IMG/VR virus record: IMGVR_UViG_3300032088_001800
Location: 115,384-135,383 of that record
DNA from: an uncultured virus (IMG/VR IMGVR_UViG_3300032088_001800)
Taxonomy: Duplodnaviria; Heunggongvirae; Uroviricota; Caudoviricetes
Direction: 5' to 3' (one strand)
Length of the DNA stretch: 20,000 bases
Shown: positions 8,272-16,354 of the stretch, piece by piece
Layout: each line of letters starts with the position of its first letter
How positions within the stretch are numbered: the first letter of the stretch is position 1
Translations under genes and position numbers: made by a program
Notes under the pieces: model-generated
What the model saw: the letters and a program-made list of their open reading frames with translations, nothing else
Told to the model about the DNA's origin: nothing
Databases searched by the model: none

Positions 8272-11200
8272 ATGGCATTAGTATCCCCAGGTGTAGAGGT
8301 CAATGTAATCGACGAGAGTTTTTACACTCCGGCGGCTGCAGGCACCGTACCAATGATATTTGTTGCAACGGCAGCTGACAAAGTTAAAGGCAGTGGAGCT
8401 GGTGTAGCAGAAGGTACAAGCGCAGCAAACCAAGGTAGACCTTACCTAATAACAAGTCAAAGAGAGCTTGTGGAAACATTCGGAGATCCGTTGTTCTACT
8501 CAGACAATAACGGAAATATGATCCACGCAGGTGAACTTAACGAATACGGACTTCAAACAGCGTATTCACTACTAGGCGTAACAAACAGAGTTTACGTATG
8601 TAGAGCAGATATTAACTTATCAAAACTAGAAGCAAGTGCAACAGCACCAGGCGGTGATCCGCTTGATGGCACTTACTGGTTTGATACACTAAACACAAAT
8701 GTTGGTGTTAAAGAATGGAACGGCGCTTCCATTACATCAACAAATGGACAAAGCTTCAGTTCAGTAGTACCAACAATTATTGTTGAAACTAGCAAAGTAG
8801 TAGACTATGCAGGCGGCGACTATACACCAAAAACATCAGTAGGTGCAGTAGGTGATTATGCATTAGTTGCAGTTACAACTGTAAACAGACTATGGTACAA
8901 AAACAATGCTGGTGCATGGGTAACAGTTGGTGGTGATGCATGGAGAGCAGCATGGGCATCTATTAGAGGCACAGTAAATACTCCAACAGTACCAAGTGGT
9001 GTAGATTTAAGTATCGACGGCGAAGCAGTAACAACTACAGGTACAACAGTAACACAATTAGCAAGTGATATTAATTCAAATTCAAACCTAGCAACAGCAG
9101 GTGTTACAGCAGCAGCAGTTGACGGTGCATTAGAAATTTATACTAATAACAATTCAGTAGATATTGATGCATCACCGGCTTCAGATGCTGGACTATTAAC
9201 AGCAGTTGGCTTAACAGCTGGAACATATTATGCTCCATTTGTTACTGAAGCACCACATACATCGGTTCCAGAATATAAATCAACAGATTCAAATCCAAGA
9301 CCGACAGGTTCTATTTGGATGCAAACAACTGCTCCTAATTCAGGTGCAACGTTTACTGTTAAACAGTGGAATGATGATACTAAACTTTGGTCAACTATTC
9401 CAGCACCATTGTATGACACAGCAGCAGGTGCTCTTGCAGCACTAGACAAAACAGGCGGTGGCAAGAATCTTGCAATAGGCGATCTATATGTAAATGTAGA
9501 CGTTGCAGACACAACACCAATTGATGCAACTTACAAAATTTTCCGTAGAGCTGCTACAGGCGCAACGAAAATACAAAGTGCAAAAATTGCAGCACAACTA
9601 TCTGGCGCAAGTGTTAGCTTTACAATGGCTGAATCCATTATAGGCTCAGCAACTTTAAGTAGCGCAAAAACAATATCATTTACTGGAAGTGGCGCAAGTG
9701 CTGATGCAGACGATATGGCTGGCGCTATTAACAGTGCAGGATTTGTAAACATAACAGCAAGTGTTGATGCACAAAATAGAGTTGTAATTTCACATGCTGG
9801 TGGCGGCGAAATGAAACTTGTAGATACAAGTGGTGATCTTGCAGTAGCAGGATTTGCACCATATGACGTAAACAATGCAAGTACAACAACAATTAACCTA
9901 GACTATGCACCAGGAACTGACGATACTACAAATCCAGAGCAGTATGTTGCTAGTAACTGGCGTACATTATCTTATACAGCAGACGACGATGCACCAACAG
10001 CATTAGCTGCACAAGGTGAGTTATGGTATAGTTCAGTAGTTGATGAAGTTGATATTTTGTACCACAATGGTACTACTTGGGTAGGATATGCAGACTCAAC
10101 AGCATTTCCAACAGCTAACTCAACAGGGCCATTAGTTACAGCTAGTGAACCAAAAACACAATCAGATGGTTCTGCACTAGTTGCAGGTGATCTTTGGATT
10201 GACACAGCAGACATTGAAAACTTTCCAACAATGTATCGTTGGACAGCAGCAAGTGAATGGCAGTTAATTGACAAAGCAGACCAAACAACTGAAAATGGTG
10301 TGTTATTTGCAGATGCTCGTTGGGCAGATGCAGGCGCTGATTCGGACGCAGCTTCAATTGAAGAGCTAATGGCATCTAACTACTTAGATCCAGATGCACC
10401 GGATCCAGCACTATATCCAAAAGGTATGTTGTTATGGAACCTACGTAGAAGCGGATTTAACGTTAAGCGTTTTGAGCGTAACTATGTTGATGTTTCATTA
10501 ACTAACGATCGTGCAGCAGACGAGTCAATGGCTACTTATTATCCACACCGTTGGGTAACAGACTCTGGTAACCAACCAGATGGTTCAGGAACATTTGGAC
10601 GTCACGCACAGCGTAAGTCAGTAACACAGTCTTTACAAGCAGAACTAAACAGTAACACTGAAATCCGTGACGAAGAGTCACGTCAGTTTAACTTAATTGC
10701 TACACCAGGATATCCAGAACTAATTGGTGAAATGATTTCACTAAATTATGACAGACGTTTAACAGCGTTTGTTGTTGGCGATACTCCGTTTAGATTAACA
10801 CCAGATGCAACTTCATTAAATGAATGGGCAACAAACGTTAATCTAGCAGTTGAAGATAACGATCGTGGATTAGTAAGCAGAGATGAATATCTAGGCATTT
10901 ACTACCCAGCAGGATTTACAAGTGATAACGAAGGTAATAACGTTGTTGTTCCTCCAAGTTACATGGCATTACGTACACTGATACTAAATGACCAAGTTGC
11001 TTATCCTTGGTTTGCTCCAGCAGGTACAAGACGCGGTGGAGTTACTAATGCTTCAGCAACAGGATATGTTACTAGCGAAGGTGAATTCAAGAGTGTTGCA
11101 CTTAATACAGGACAGCGTGATACACTATACACAAATGCAATTAACCCAATTACGTTTATTAGCGGAAGCGGACTAGTAGTATTTGGTCAAAAGACTCGTG

Positions 11201-11541
11201 CAAGAAATGCAAGTGCTTTAGACAGAATCAACGTTGCACGTCTAACTGTTTACATGCGTGGACAGCTAGAGTTACTTGCAAGACCATACTTGTTTGAACC
11301 AAACGATAAGATAACAAGAGATCAAGTTAAGGCAGCAGCAGATGCGTTCTTACTAGAACTAGTCAGCTTAAGAGCTATTTACGATTATGTTGCAGTGTGT
11401 GATGAATCAAACAACACACCAGCAAGAATTGATCGTAATGAACTGCACTTAGACATTGCAATTGAGCCAGTGAAAGCAATTGAATTTATATACATTCCAT
11501 TGCGTATAAAAAATACAGGTGAAATAGCAGCACTTGGTTAA
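8272..11541 (+). CDS. Contractile tail sheath protein (T4 gp18-like), enlarged to 1089 aa
   Basis: N-terminal LVSPGVEVNVIDES, ETFGDP; C-terminal WFAPAGTRRG, INPI, GQKT, DRINVARL, LFEPND, CDESNNTP..IDRNEL..IEPVKAIEFIYI are sheath-family signatures. Confidence 0.96.
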   Translation: MALVSPGVEVNVIDESFYTPAAAGTVPMIFVATAADKVKGSGAGVAEGTSAANQGRPYLITSQRELVETFGDPLFYSDNNGNMIHAGELNEYGLQTAYSLLGVTNRVYVCRADINLSKLEASATAPGGDPLDGTYWFDTLNTNVGVKEWNGASITSTNGQSFSSVVPTIIVETSKVVDYAGGDYTPKTSVGAVGDYALVAVTTVNRLWYKNNAGAWVTVGGDAWRAAWASIRGTVNTPTVPSGVDLSIDGEAVTTTGTTVTQLASDINSNSNLATAGVTAAAVDGALEIYTNNNSVDIDASPASDAGLLTAVGLTAGTYYAPFVTEAPHTSVPEYKSTDSNPRPTGSIWMQTTAPNSGATFTVKQWNDDTKLWSTIPAPLYDTAAGALAALDKTGGGKNLAIGDLYVNVDVADTTPIDATYKIFRRAATGATKIQSAKIAAQLSGASVSFTMAESIIGSATLSSAKTISFTGSGASADADDMAGAINSAGFVNITASVDAQNRVVISHAGGGEMKLVDTSGDLAVAGFAPYDVNNASTTTINLDYAPGTDDTTNPEQYVASNWRTLSYTADDDAPTALAAQGELWYSSVVDEVDILYHNGTTWVGYADSTAFPTANSTGPLVTASEPKTQSDGSALVAGDLWIDTADIENFPTMYRWTAASEWQLIDKADQTTENGVLFADARWADAGADSDAASIEELMASNYLDPDAPDPALYPKGMLLWNLRRSGFNVKRFERNYVDVSLTNDRAADESMATYYPHRWVTDSGNQPDGSGTFGRHAQRKSVTQSLQAELNSNTEIRDEESRQFNLIATPGYPELIGEMISLNYDRRLTAFVVGDTPFRLTPDATSLNEWATNVNLAVEDNDRGLVSRDEYLGIYYPAGFTSDNEGNNVVVPPSYMALRTLILNDQVAYPWFAPAGTRRGGVTNASATGYVTSEGEFKSVALNTGQRDTLYTNAINPITFISGSGLVVFGQKTRARNASALDRINVARLTVYMRGQLELLARPYLFEPNDKITRDQVKAAADAFLLELVSLRAIYDYVAVCDESNNTPARIDRNELHLDIAIEPVKAIEFIYIPLRIKNTGEIAALG

Positions 11542-11548
11542 AACTACG

Positions 11549-11586
11549 TATATAACTGGCGCTTGAGATATAGCGTCAGTTATATG
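11549..11586 (+). terminator. Long inverted repeat between sheath and tube genes (terminator or RNA-processing/stability hairpin)
   Basis: ATATAACTGGCGCT / AGCGTCAGTTATAT, a 14-bp stem with one G-U pair and an 8-nt loop; no clear U-tract. Confidence 0.6.
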
Positions 11587-11593
11587 ATAAATA
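11586..11593 (+). promoter_or_regulatory. Late promoter (GATAAATA) for tail tube
   Basis: Motif match followed by an AGGAGAGG SD and ATG 11616. Confidence 0.75.
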
Positions 11594-11615
11594 CTTGTGA
11601 ACAGGAGAGGATAGA

Positions 11616-12263
11616 ATGCCAATCACATCATTAAATAATATTTCGGTACCAACTGAAGGCGCTGGTAGTAACCAGAGTTTGTTGATGCCAAAACTACAGT
11701 ATCGTTTCAGAGTCATCTTAGAAGGCTTTGGTGCAGGTGCTGACTTAAGAGAAATGACACGTCAAGTTGTAGATGTTACAAGACCAAACGTAAGTTTTGA
11801 ACAAATTACAATTGATGCATATAACTCAAGAAGCTACCTAGCTGGTAAGCACACTTGGGAACCAATTACACTTACATTACGTGAAGATGTAAACAACAAC
11901 ATTCAACGTGTTGTTGGACAACAGCTACAGAAACAATTCGATTTCTACGAGCAAGCATCAGCTGCTTCGGGCGGAACATATAAGTTCAAAACTAAAATCG
12001 AAATTCTAGACGGTGGTAATGGTAACTTAGAAGCCAACGTATTAGATAGATACGAAATGGTTGGTTGTTATCTTGAAAGTGCTAACTACAACACATTAGC
12101 ATATTCAACTAATGATCCAGTTACAATTTCATTAAACATTCGTTACGATAATGCAATACAAACTGAGGCAGGCGGCGCAATAGGCGGCGGAGTAGGTCAA
12201 TCAGTAGGTAGAGCAGCAGGCGGTACAGATGGTCCGCAAGTTCTAGTTACAGGCCAAAGCTAA
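11616..12263 (+). CDS. Tail tube protein (T4 gp19-like)
   Basis: Directly after the sheath; PKLQYRFRV, YLAGKHTWEPITLTLRED and ISLNIRYDNA are tube-family motifs. Confidence 0.88.
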   Translation: MPITSLNNISVPTEGAGSNQSLLMPKLQYRFRVILEGFGAGADLREMTRQVVDVTRPNVSFEQITIDAYNSRSYLAGKHTWEPITLTLREDVNNNIQRVVGQQLQKQFDFYEQASAASGGTYKFKTKIEILDGGNGNLEANVLDRYEMVGCYLESANYNTLAYSTNDPVTISLNIRYDNAIQTEAGGAIGGGVGQSVGRAAGGTDGPQVLVTGQS

Positions 12264-12288
12264 TAACTTAACTGCATTCATCCTTTAT

Positions 12289-12325
12289 AGAGGGGTTACT
12301 TTTTAAGTAGCCCCTTTTCTTATTT
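12289..12325 (+). terminator. Rho-independent terminator
   Basis: AGGGGTTACTT-TTT-AAGTAGCCCCT stem-loop followed by TTTCTTATTT. Confidence 0.82.
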
Positions 12326-12344
12326 GTACGCACTTTATAATTTG

Positions 12345-12352
12345 GATAAATA
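12345..12352 (+). promoter_or_regulatory. Late promoter (GATAAATA), 5 nt upstream of ATG 12358
   Basis: GATAAATA-TTAGT-ATG; no SD between motif and start. Confidence 0.72.
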
Positions 12353-12357
12353 TTAGT

Positions 12358-13533
12358 ATGGCACAGTTAGTAGACAAAATAAATCTAAGAGACGCAAGGC
12401 ATGCTCACCAAATATATACTCAAGGCGGATTTGACTTTGCGCCTAAAGTTAAGTTTCTTTATCATGTAGTGTTTAACCTAAACAACGCGGCCATTAGTAA
12501 TAATCCAAATACTTCATTCTTTCAAAAACAACTTAGTACATTGGTTAAGACTGCTGATTTACCAAGTTATTCGACGCAGATAGAAACAAAAAAACAATAT
12601 AATAGAATTAAGAATATGCAAACTAGGATTGATTATGATCCAGTAAGTATTACATTACACGATGATAATGTAGGCATAACTACTAAAATGTTAGAAGAAT
12701 ACTATAGATATTATTATCAAGATGGTAATAAATTTAGTAGTTCTAATACTGTAACTGGCTTTGGAGTTAGAGACAAATACGCAAACGAAGTTCCTAGATA
12801 CGGATTAGACGGAGCACCTGACGACCCTTTCTTTAAAGATATAGTAATATATCAATTATCAAGGAAAGAATGGACAAGCTATACATTAATAAATCCATTA
12901 ATTGAAAAATTTCAACACGATTCGGTTGACGCAAGTGACGGTGTTGGTATATTACAAAATGCACTAACAGTAGTATATGAAGGTGTAATTTATAATAGAG
13001 GTAGTGTAGGAGACGGTGACAGCAGTTTTGCAGATGCTGATACAGGATATGATTTAGAACCTAGTTATCTTAATGGGTCAGTGTCGTCGCAGCGTACTTC
13101 AATAAAAGACCGTCCTACTAGAATACCTAGTGATAGTGGACCTCTAGTAAGATTTAGAAATGATTCAGTTCCAGGCGGCGGCACTATTATACGTGATGTT
13201 ATAAAAGATCCTGGTGGTTTTTCAAACTTTACCTTTCCATCACCACCGTCAACTGCACCTATATCGACATTATCACAATCAGATGATAGATTACTTGACG
13301 GCGCAGCAATAGGTAATCAATTACGCAGTAATCCAAGCCTAGCTAGAACTTTTACTAACCAATCCGTTTCTACAGGCCAAGTTGACAACTATGCTGTAAG
13401 TACATTAAACGCATTTAATCAATTACCAAACACACAACGTTCTGCTATTACTGATGAGTTAATTAATAAAGTGTCCAGCGGAGATAAGAAGTTGCAACAA
13501 ATTGGTAGTAGTATATTAAAAGGATTATTCTAA
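12358..13533 (+). CDS. Tail-tube-fold protein / baseplate tube initiator (gp54/gp48/gp19 superfamily) with low-complexity C-terminus
   Basis: APKVKFLYHV, VKTADLPSY, QYNR..QTRIDYDPVSITLHDD, TLINPLI, LTVVYE parallel the tube protein's motif order; follows the tube gene. Confidence 0.62.
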   Translation: MAQLVDKINLRDARHAHQIYTQGGFDFAPKVKFLYHVVFNLNNAAISNNPNTSFFQKQLSTLVKTADLPSYSTQIETKKQYNRIKNMQTRIDYDPVSITLHDDNVGITTKMLEEYYRYYYQDGNKFSSSNTVTGFGVRDKYANEVPRYGLDGAPDDPFFKDIVIYQLSRKEWTSYTLINPLIEKFQHDSVDASDGVGILQNALTVVYEGVIYNRGSVGDGDSSFADADTGYDLEPSYLNGSVSSQRTSIKDRPTRIPSDSGPLVRFRNDSVPGGGTIIRDVIKDPGGFSNFTFPSPPSTAPISTLSQSDDRLLDGAAIGNQLRSNPSLARTFTNQSVSTGQVDNYAVSTLNAFNQLPNTQRSAITDELINKVSSGDKKLQQIGSSILKGLF

Positions 13534-13907
13534 TGCCAAATTCAGGAGTAAGCACTAGTACACAAACTACAGATAGTGCAAACAAAACAAAAAAGTTTTT
13601 TGATAGCTACTTTAAGAAAGACATATATTATAGTGCAGAAGAAGTTGATGCAGCAGTTGGTTATTTCTTATCAAGAGGCTTTGATAAACTAGCAGCAACG
13701 AATACAGCAGTAGTATTATTACAACAAGCACAACAAGAAGATGTTCCAGTATTCAAAATTATTGATACATTACGTGGACTAGATGACGTACAACTAAGTA
13801 ATGTTGTATCACAAATCCTTAATATAAACAGAGAAAAAACAAGTACATTAGGCTTCAAAATAAATAATGTTATAACCAAGTTAGAACAGAGAAATATAGT
13901 TGTCTAA
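13533..13907 (+). CDS. Hypothetical protein (probable structural/morphogenesis)
   Basis: 124-aa ORF translationally coupled by TAATG overlaps at both ends. Confidence 0.75.
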   Translation: MPNSGVSTSTQTTDSANKTKKFFDSYFKKDIYYSAEEVDAAVGYFLSRGFDKLAATNTAVVLLQQAQQEDVPVFKIIDTLRGLDDVQLSNVVSQILNINREKTSTLGFKINNVITKLEQRNIVV

Positions 13908-14344
13908 TGGGAAGATTTGCTCAAGGGAAATTTAATCTAAATAACCCTGACAAGTATATGGGTAACAAAACACCAACATATAGATCTGGTTGGGAATTTA
14001 CCTTTATGAAATTTTGCGACGAACATCCTGCTGTAGCAAAATGGGCTAGTGAAGCAATACGTATTCCTTATAGAAATCCGCTTACAGGAAAACATACAAT
14101 ATATGTTCCAGATTTCTTTATAGTCTATGCTGATGCTAAAGGAAAACAACACGTAGAACTAATTGAAGTTAAACCGTCAAATCAAGCACGCCGAGATAAA
14201 TTAGGCAACTCGCAACATAATAAAGCACATTATATTATAAATCAAGCAAAATGGGAAGCTGCAAGGGCTTATTGTAAACAAAATAACATATTATTTCGAA
14301 TAGTAACCGAAGAAGATATTTTCCATACAGGTAGACGTAGGTAG
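13907..14344 (+). CDS. Head completion nuclease (T4 gp4-like; TnsA-like PD-(D/E)xK fold)
   Basis: GKFNLNNPDKYMG, YRSGWE, WASE..IPY, YVPDF, IEVKP, NQAKWEAA, TEEDIF match the gp4 family pattern. Confidence 0.9.
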   Translation: MGRFAQGKFNLNNPDKYMGNKTPTYRSGWEFTFMKFCDEHPAVAKWASEAIRIPYRNPLTGKHTIYVPDFFIVYADAKGKQHVELIEVKPSNQARRDKLGNSQHNKAHYIINQAKWEAARAYCKQNNILFRIVTEEDIFHTGRRR

Positions 14345-14348
14345 ATAT

Positions 14349-14356
14349 GATAAATA
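14349..14356 (+). promoter_or_regulatory. Late promoter (GATAAATA)
   Basis: Motif match in the intergenic gap before ATG 14383. Confidence 0.7.
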
Positions 14357-14382
14357 ATAGTAGCATATAATGGAAAAGTCCT

Positions 14383-14886
14383 ATGACAAAAAAACTAGAA
14401 GATTTACTTAATCTGCCTGACGCAAAAGAAATAGTAGAAAATGCAGAGCAACAAGAAGACCAACAAAAGTCTTATGAAGTTGAGCAACAGCAAAAAGCAT
14501 TTAGAGACATGGCTGAGTTTGACAAAATATCAGCAGCATTGCCGGCAGTAAAAGGATTAGGTGAACTAGCTGATAAAGAGCTTAATGACGTAGCAAATAA
14601 AGCTATGCAAGCATATGAAGACTTAATGGACTTAGGTATGAATGTTGAAAGTCGTTATAGCGGGCGTGTATTTGAAGTAGCAGGCGGTATGTTGAAAACA
14701 GGACTTGATGCTAAAGTTGCTAAGTTAGACAAAAAACTAAAGATGATCGACTTACAACTTAAAAAAGAGAAGTTAGACAAAGATAGCGGACCAAGCGAAG
14801 ACGGTATGATTAACGGCGAAGGCTATGTAGTCACTGATAGAAATAGTCTACTTCAACGTCTAAAAGGTATGGATAAAGATAAATAA
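14383..14886 (+). CDS. Putative terminase small subunit (gp16-like)
   Basis: Helical/coiled-coil protein of suitable size with RVFEVAGGML and C-terminal YVVTDRNSLL, resembling T4-like TerS; located upstream of TerL. Confidence 0.55.
   Translation: MTKKLEDLLNLPDAKEIVENAEQQEDQQKSYEVEQQQKAFRDMAEFDKISAALPAVKGLGELADKELNDVANKAMQAYEDLMDLGMNVESRYSGRVFEVAGGMLKTGLDAKVAKLDKKLKMIDLQLKKEKLDKDSGPSEDGMINGEGYVVTDRNSLLQRLKGMDKDK
14878..14885 (+). promoter_or_regulatory. Late promoter (GATAAATA) overlapping the last codons of the upstream gene
   Basis: GAT AAA TAA encodes D-K-stop and the motif; AGGA SD and ATG 14907 follow. Confidence 0.68.
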
Positions 14887-14906
14887 TACATATAGGATAG
14901 TATTAC

Positions 14907-15464
14907 ATGAGCACATTTTTAGAAAAATTAAACGAAGCAAAAAAAACTTACGAATTTAAAGTAGGAGTTGCAGGCGAACTGCCTGAAAACTTTACTGATG
15001 CACTTGAAACAGCAATGCAAAAATTTAGTGTAGTTAAAATGAGTAGCGGCAAAAAAACACCAATTCAAGAACGTCCACTAGATTTTCCACAATTACAAAA
15101 TACCGAAGTTACGTACTTTGAAGTAGAAGTTAACTATCCAACTACTAGTCAAGTACTACAAGAGTATGTAGGTACATGTTGCAACATTGATCAAGCACAC
15201 GTAATTGTACGCAATGCTAACGATCCTAGAGAAGAATATCAAGAACTAAAAGATAGTGCTCCATACGAAGCTAAACTAACTACTGAAGAACTGGGCGGCG
15301 AAAGCGCACAAGAGAATGTAGGCGATAACAGAGTTATGAGCTTGTTGAAAGAGTTAGAAACAGCACGTAAAGAAAGAGAACATGATCCAGCAGAATCTGC
15401 ACCACAAGGTGAGTCGGCTGATATTGACATGAAAGAAAACACTAAAGCAGTTGTAGGAGGCTGA
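14907..15464 (+). CDS. Hypothetical protein, putative internal head protein
   Basis: 185-aa acidic ORF under a late promoter; N-terminus MSTFLEKLNE-A resembles T4 internal-protein capsid-targeting sequences. Confidence 0.7.
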   Translation: MSTFLEKLNEAKKTYEFKVGVAGELPENFTDALETAMQKFSVVKMSSGKKTPIQERPLDFPQLQNTEVTYFEVEVNYPTTSQVLQEYVGTCCNIDQAHVIVRNANDPREEYQELKDSAPYEAKLTTEELGGESAQENVGDNRVMSLLKELETARKEREHDPAESAPQGESADIDMKENTKAVVGG

Positions 15465-15468
15465 TATT

Positions 15469-16281
15469 ATGAGTATGAAAAAACTAATTGAATCAATGGA
15501 TGCAATTGAAGGTCCAGCAGGTATGCCTCCAATGGGTGCTCCGGAAATGGATAAAGGCAATCCAGTAACAATGAATGTATCAATGAATGCAAGCGGCAAA
15601 GAGCATGTAGAAGATTTAATTGATATGATGAAAAACGCAGGAATGGATGCAAAAGAAGTATCACCTGATCATATGCCAATGCGTATGGACATGGAAAGAC
15701 TACGTGATCTTGTAGACGAGCCAGGTGGCCAAGACGAAGCAATTGAAGAAGGCGGTACAAAAGCTGTTATTGATATGATTGCTAATGCAGAAAATCCAAC
15801 ACGAATGGTAATGGATTTAATTGCTAAAGGTGGACCAGAAGGAAAGTTCTTATACGGCGAACTAGAACAGTTAGCAGTTGAAAGAGGTCAAACATTCAAC
15901 GACGGTGAAACTGATCCTGAAGAACTGGTGCCTGAACTACTAGCTAATATGGGCATTGAAGAAGGTTATGATAACGAACCAGATGCACGTTATGGCGATA
16001 CACATGATGCTATTCCAGATGGCAATGACTTAAACCGCAAGAAGAAAGCATACGCTGCTACACAAGATGGCGACAACGCAATGGCTGTTGAAGCAATCAA
16101 AGCAACACTAATGGCAGCACTTGCTGAAAAGAAGATGCCTATGGGCGCAGGACCAGATGGCAAAAAAGGTACTGATGACGATAAGCCTGCTTTCTTAAAT
16201 CAAAAAACTAGTGACAAGAAAAGCAAAGGTGGAAGTAAGCCTAAAAAAGGCGTAGTACCTCCACAGTTTAAAAAGAAATAA
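15469..16281 (+). CDS. Hypothetical low-complexity protein, putative internal head/core protein
   Basis: Strong AGGAGG SD; Met/Asp/Glu-rich with Lys-rich tail; several hydrophobic-x-E sites. Confidence 0.72.
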   Translation: MSMKKLIESMDAIEGPAGMPPMGAPEMDKGNPVTMNVSMNASGKEHVEDLIDMMKNAGMDAKEVSPDHMPMRMDMERLRDLVDEPGGQDEAIEEGGTKAVIDMIANAENPTRMVMDLIAKGGPEGKFLYGELEQLAVERGQTFNDGETDPEELVPELLANMGIEEGYDNEPDARYGDTHDAIPDGNDLNRKKKAYAATQDGDNAMAVEAIKATLMAALAEKKMPMGAGPDGKKGTDDDKPAFLNQKTSDKKSKGGSKPKKGVVPPQFKKK

Positions 16282-16312
16282 GAACGTTCTACCGACTGAG
16301 CGGGGCGGACCC

Positions 16313-16340
16313 AAATAGCACCTACGGGTGCTATTTTTTT
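16313..16340 (+). terminator. Rho-independent terminator with cUACGg tetraloop
   Basis: AAATAGCACC-TACG-GGTGCTATTT, 10-bp stem running into a T7 tract. Confidence 0.9.
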
Positions 16341-16341
16341 G

Positions 16342-16349
16342 GATAAGTA
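16342..16349 (+). promoter_or_regulatory. Late promoter variant (GATAAGTA), 5 nt upstream of the terL ATG
   Basis: GATAAGTA-ATTGT-ATG immediately after a strong terminator, so terL needs its own promoter here; no SD after the motif. Confidence 0.65.
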
Positions 16350-16354
16350 ATTGT

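Noticed and set aside
13907..14344. TnsA-like nuclease as evidence of a Tn7-like transposon
   Set aside because: Motifs and context match T4 gp4 head-completion protein; no TnsB/C/D genes or transposon ends.
16328..16354. ORF-track start for terL (MLFFWISNC)
   Set aside because: Lies within the terminator hairpin; ATG 16355 fits the promoter spacing.
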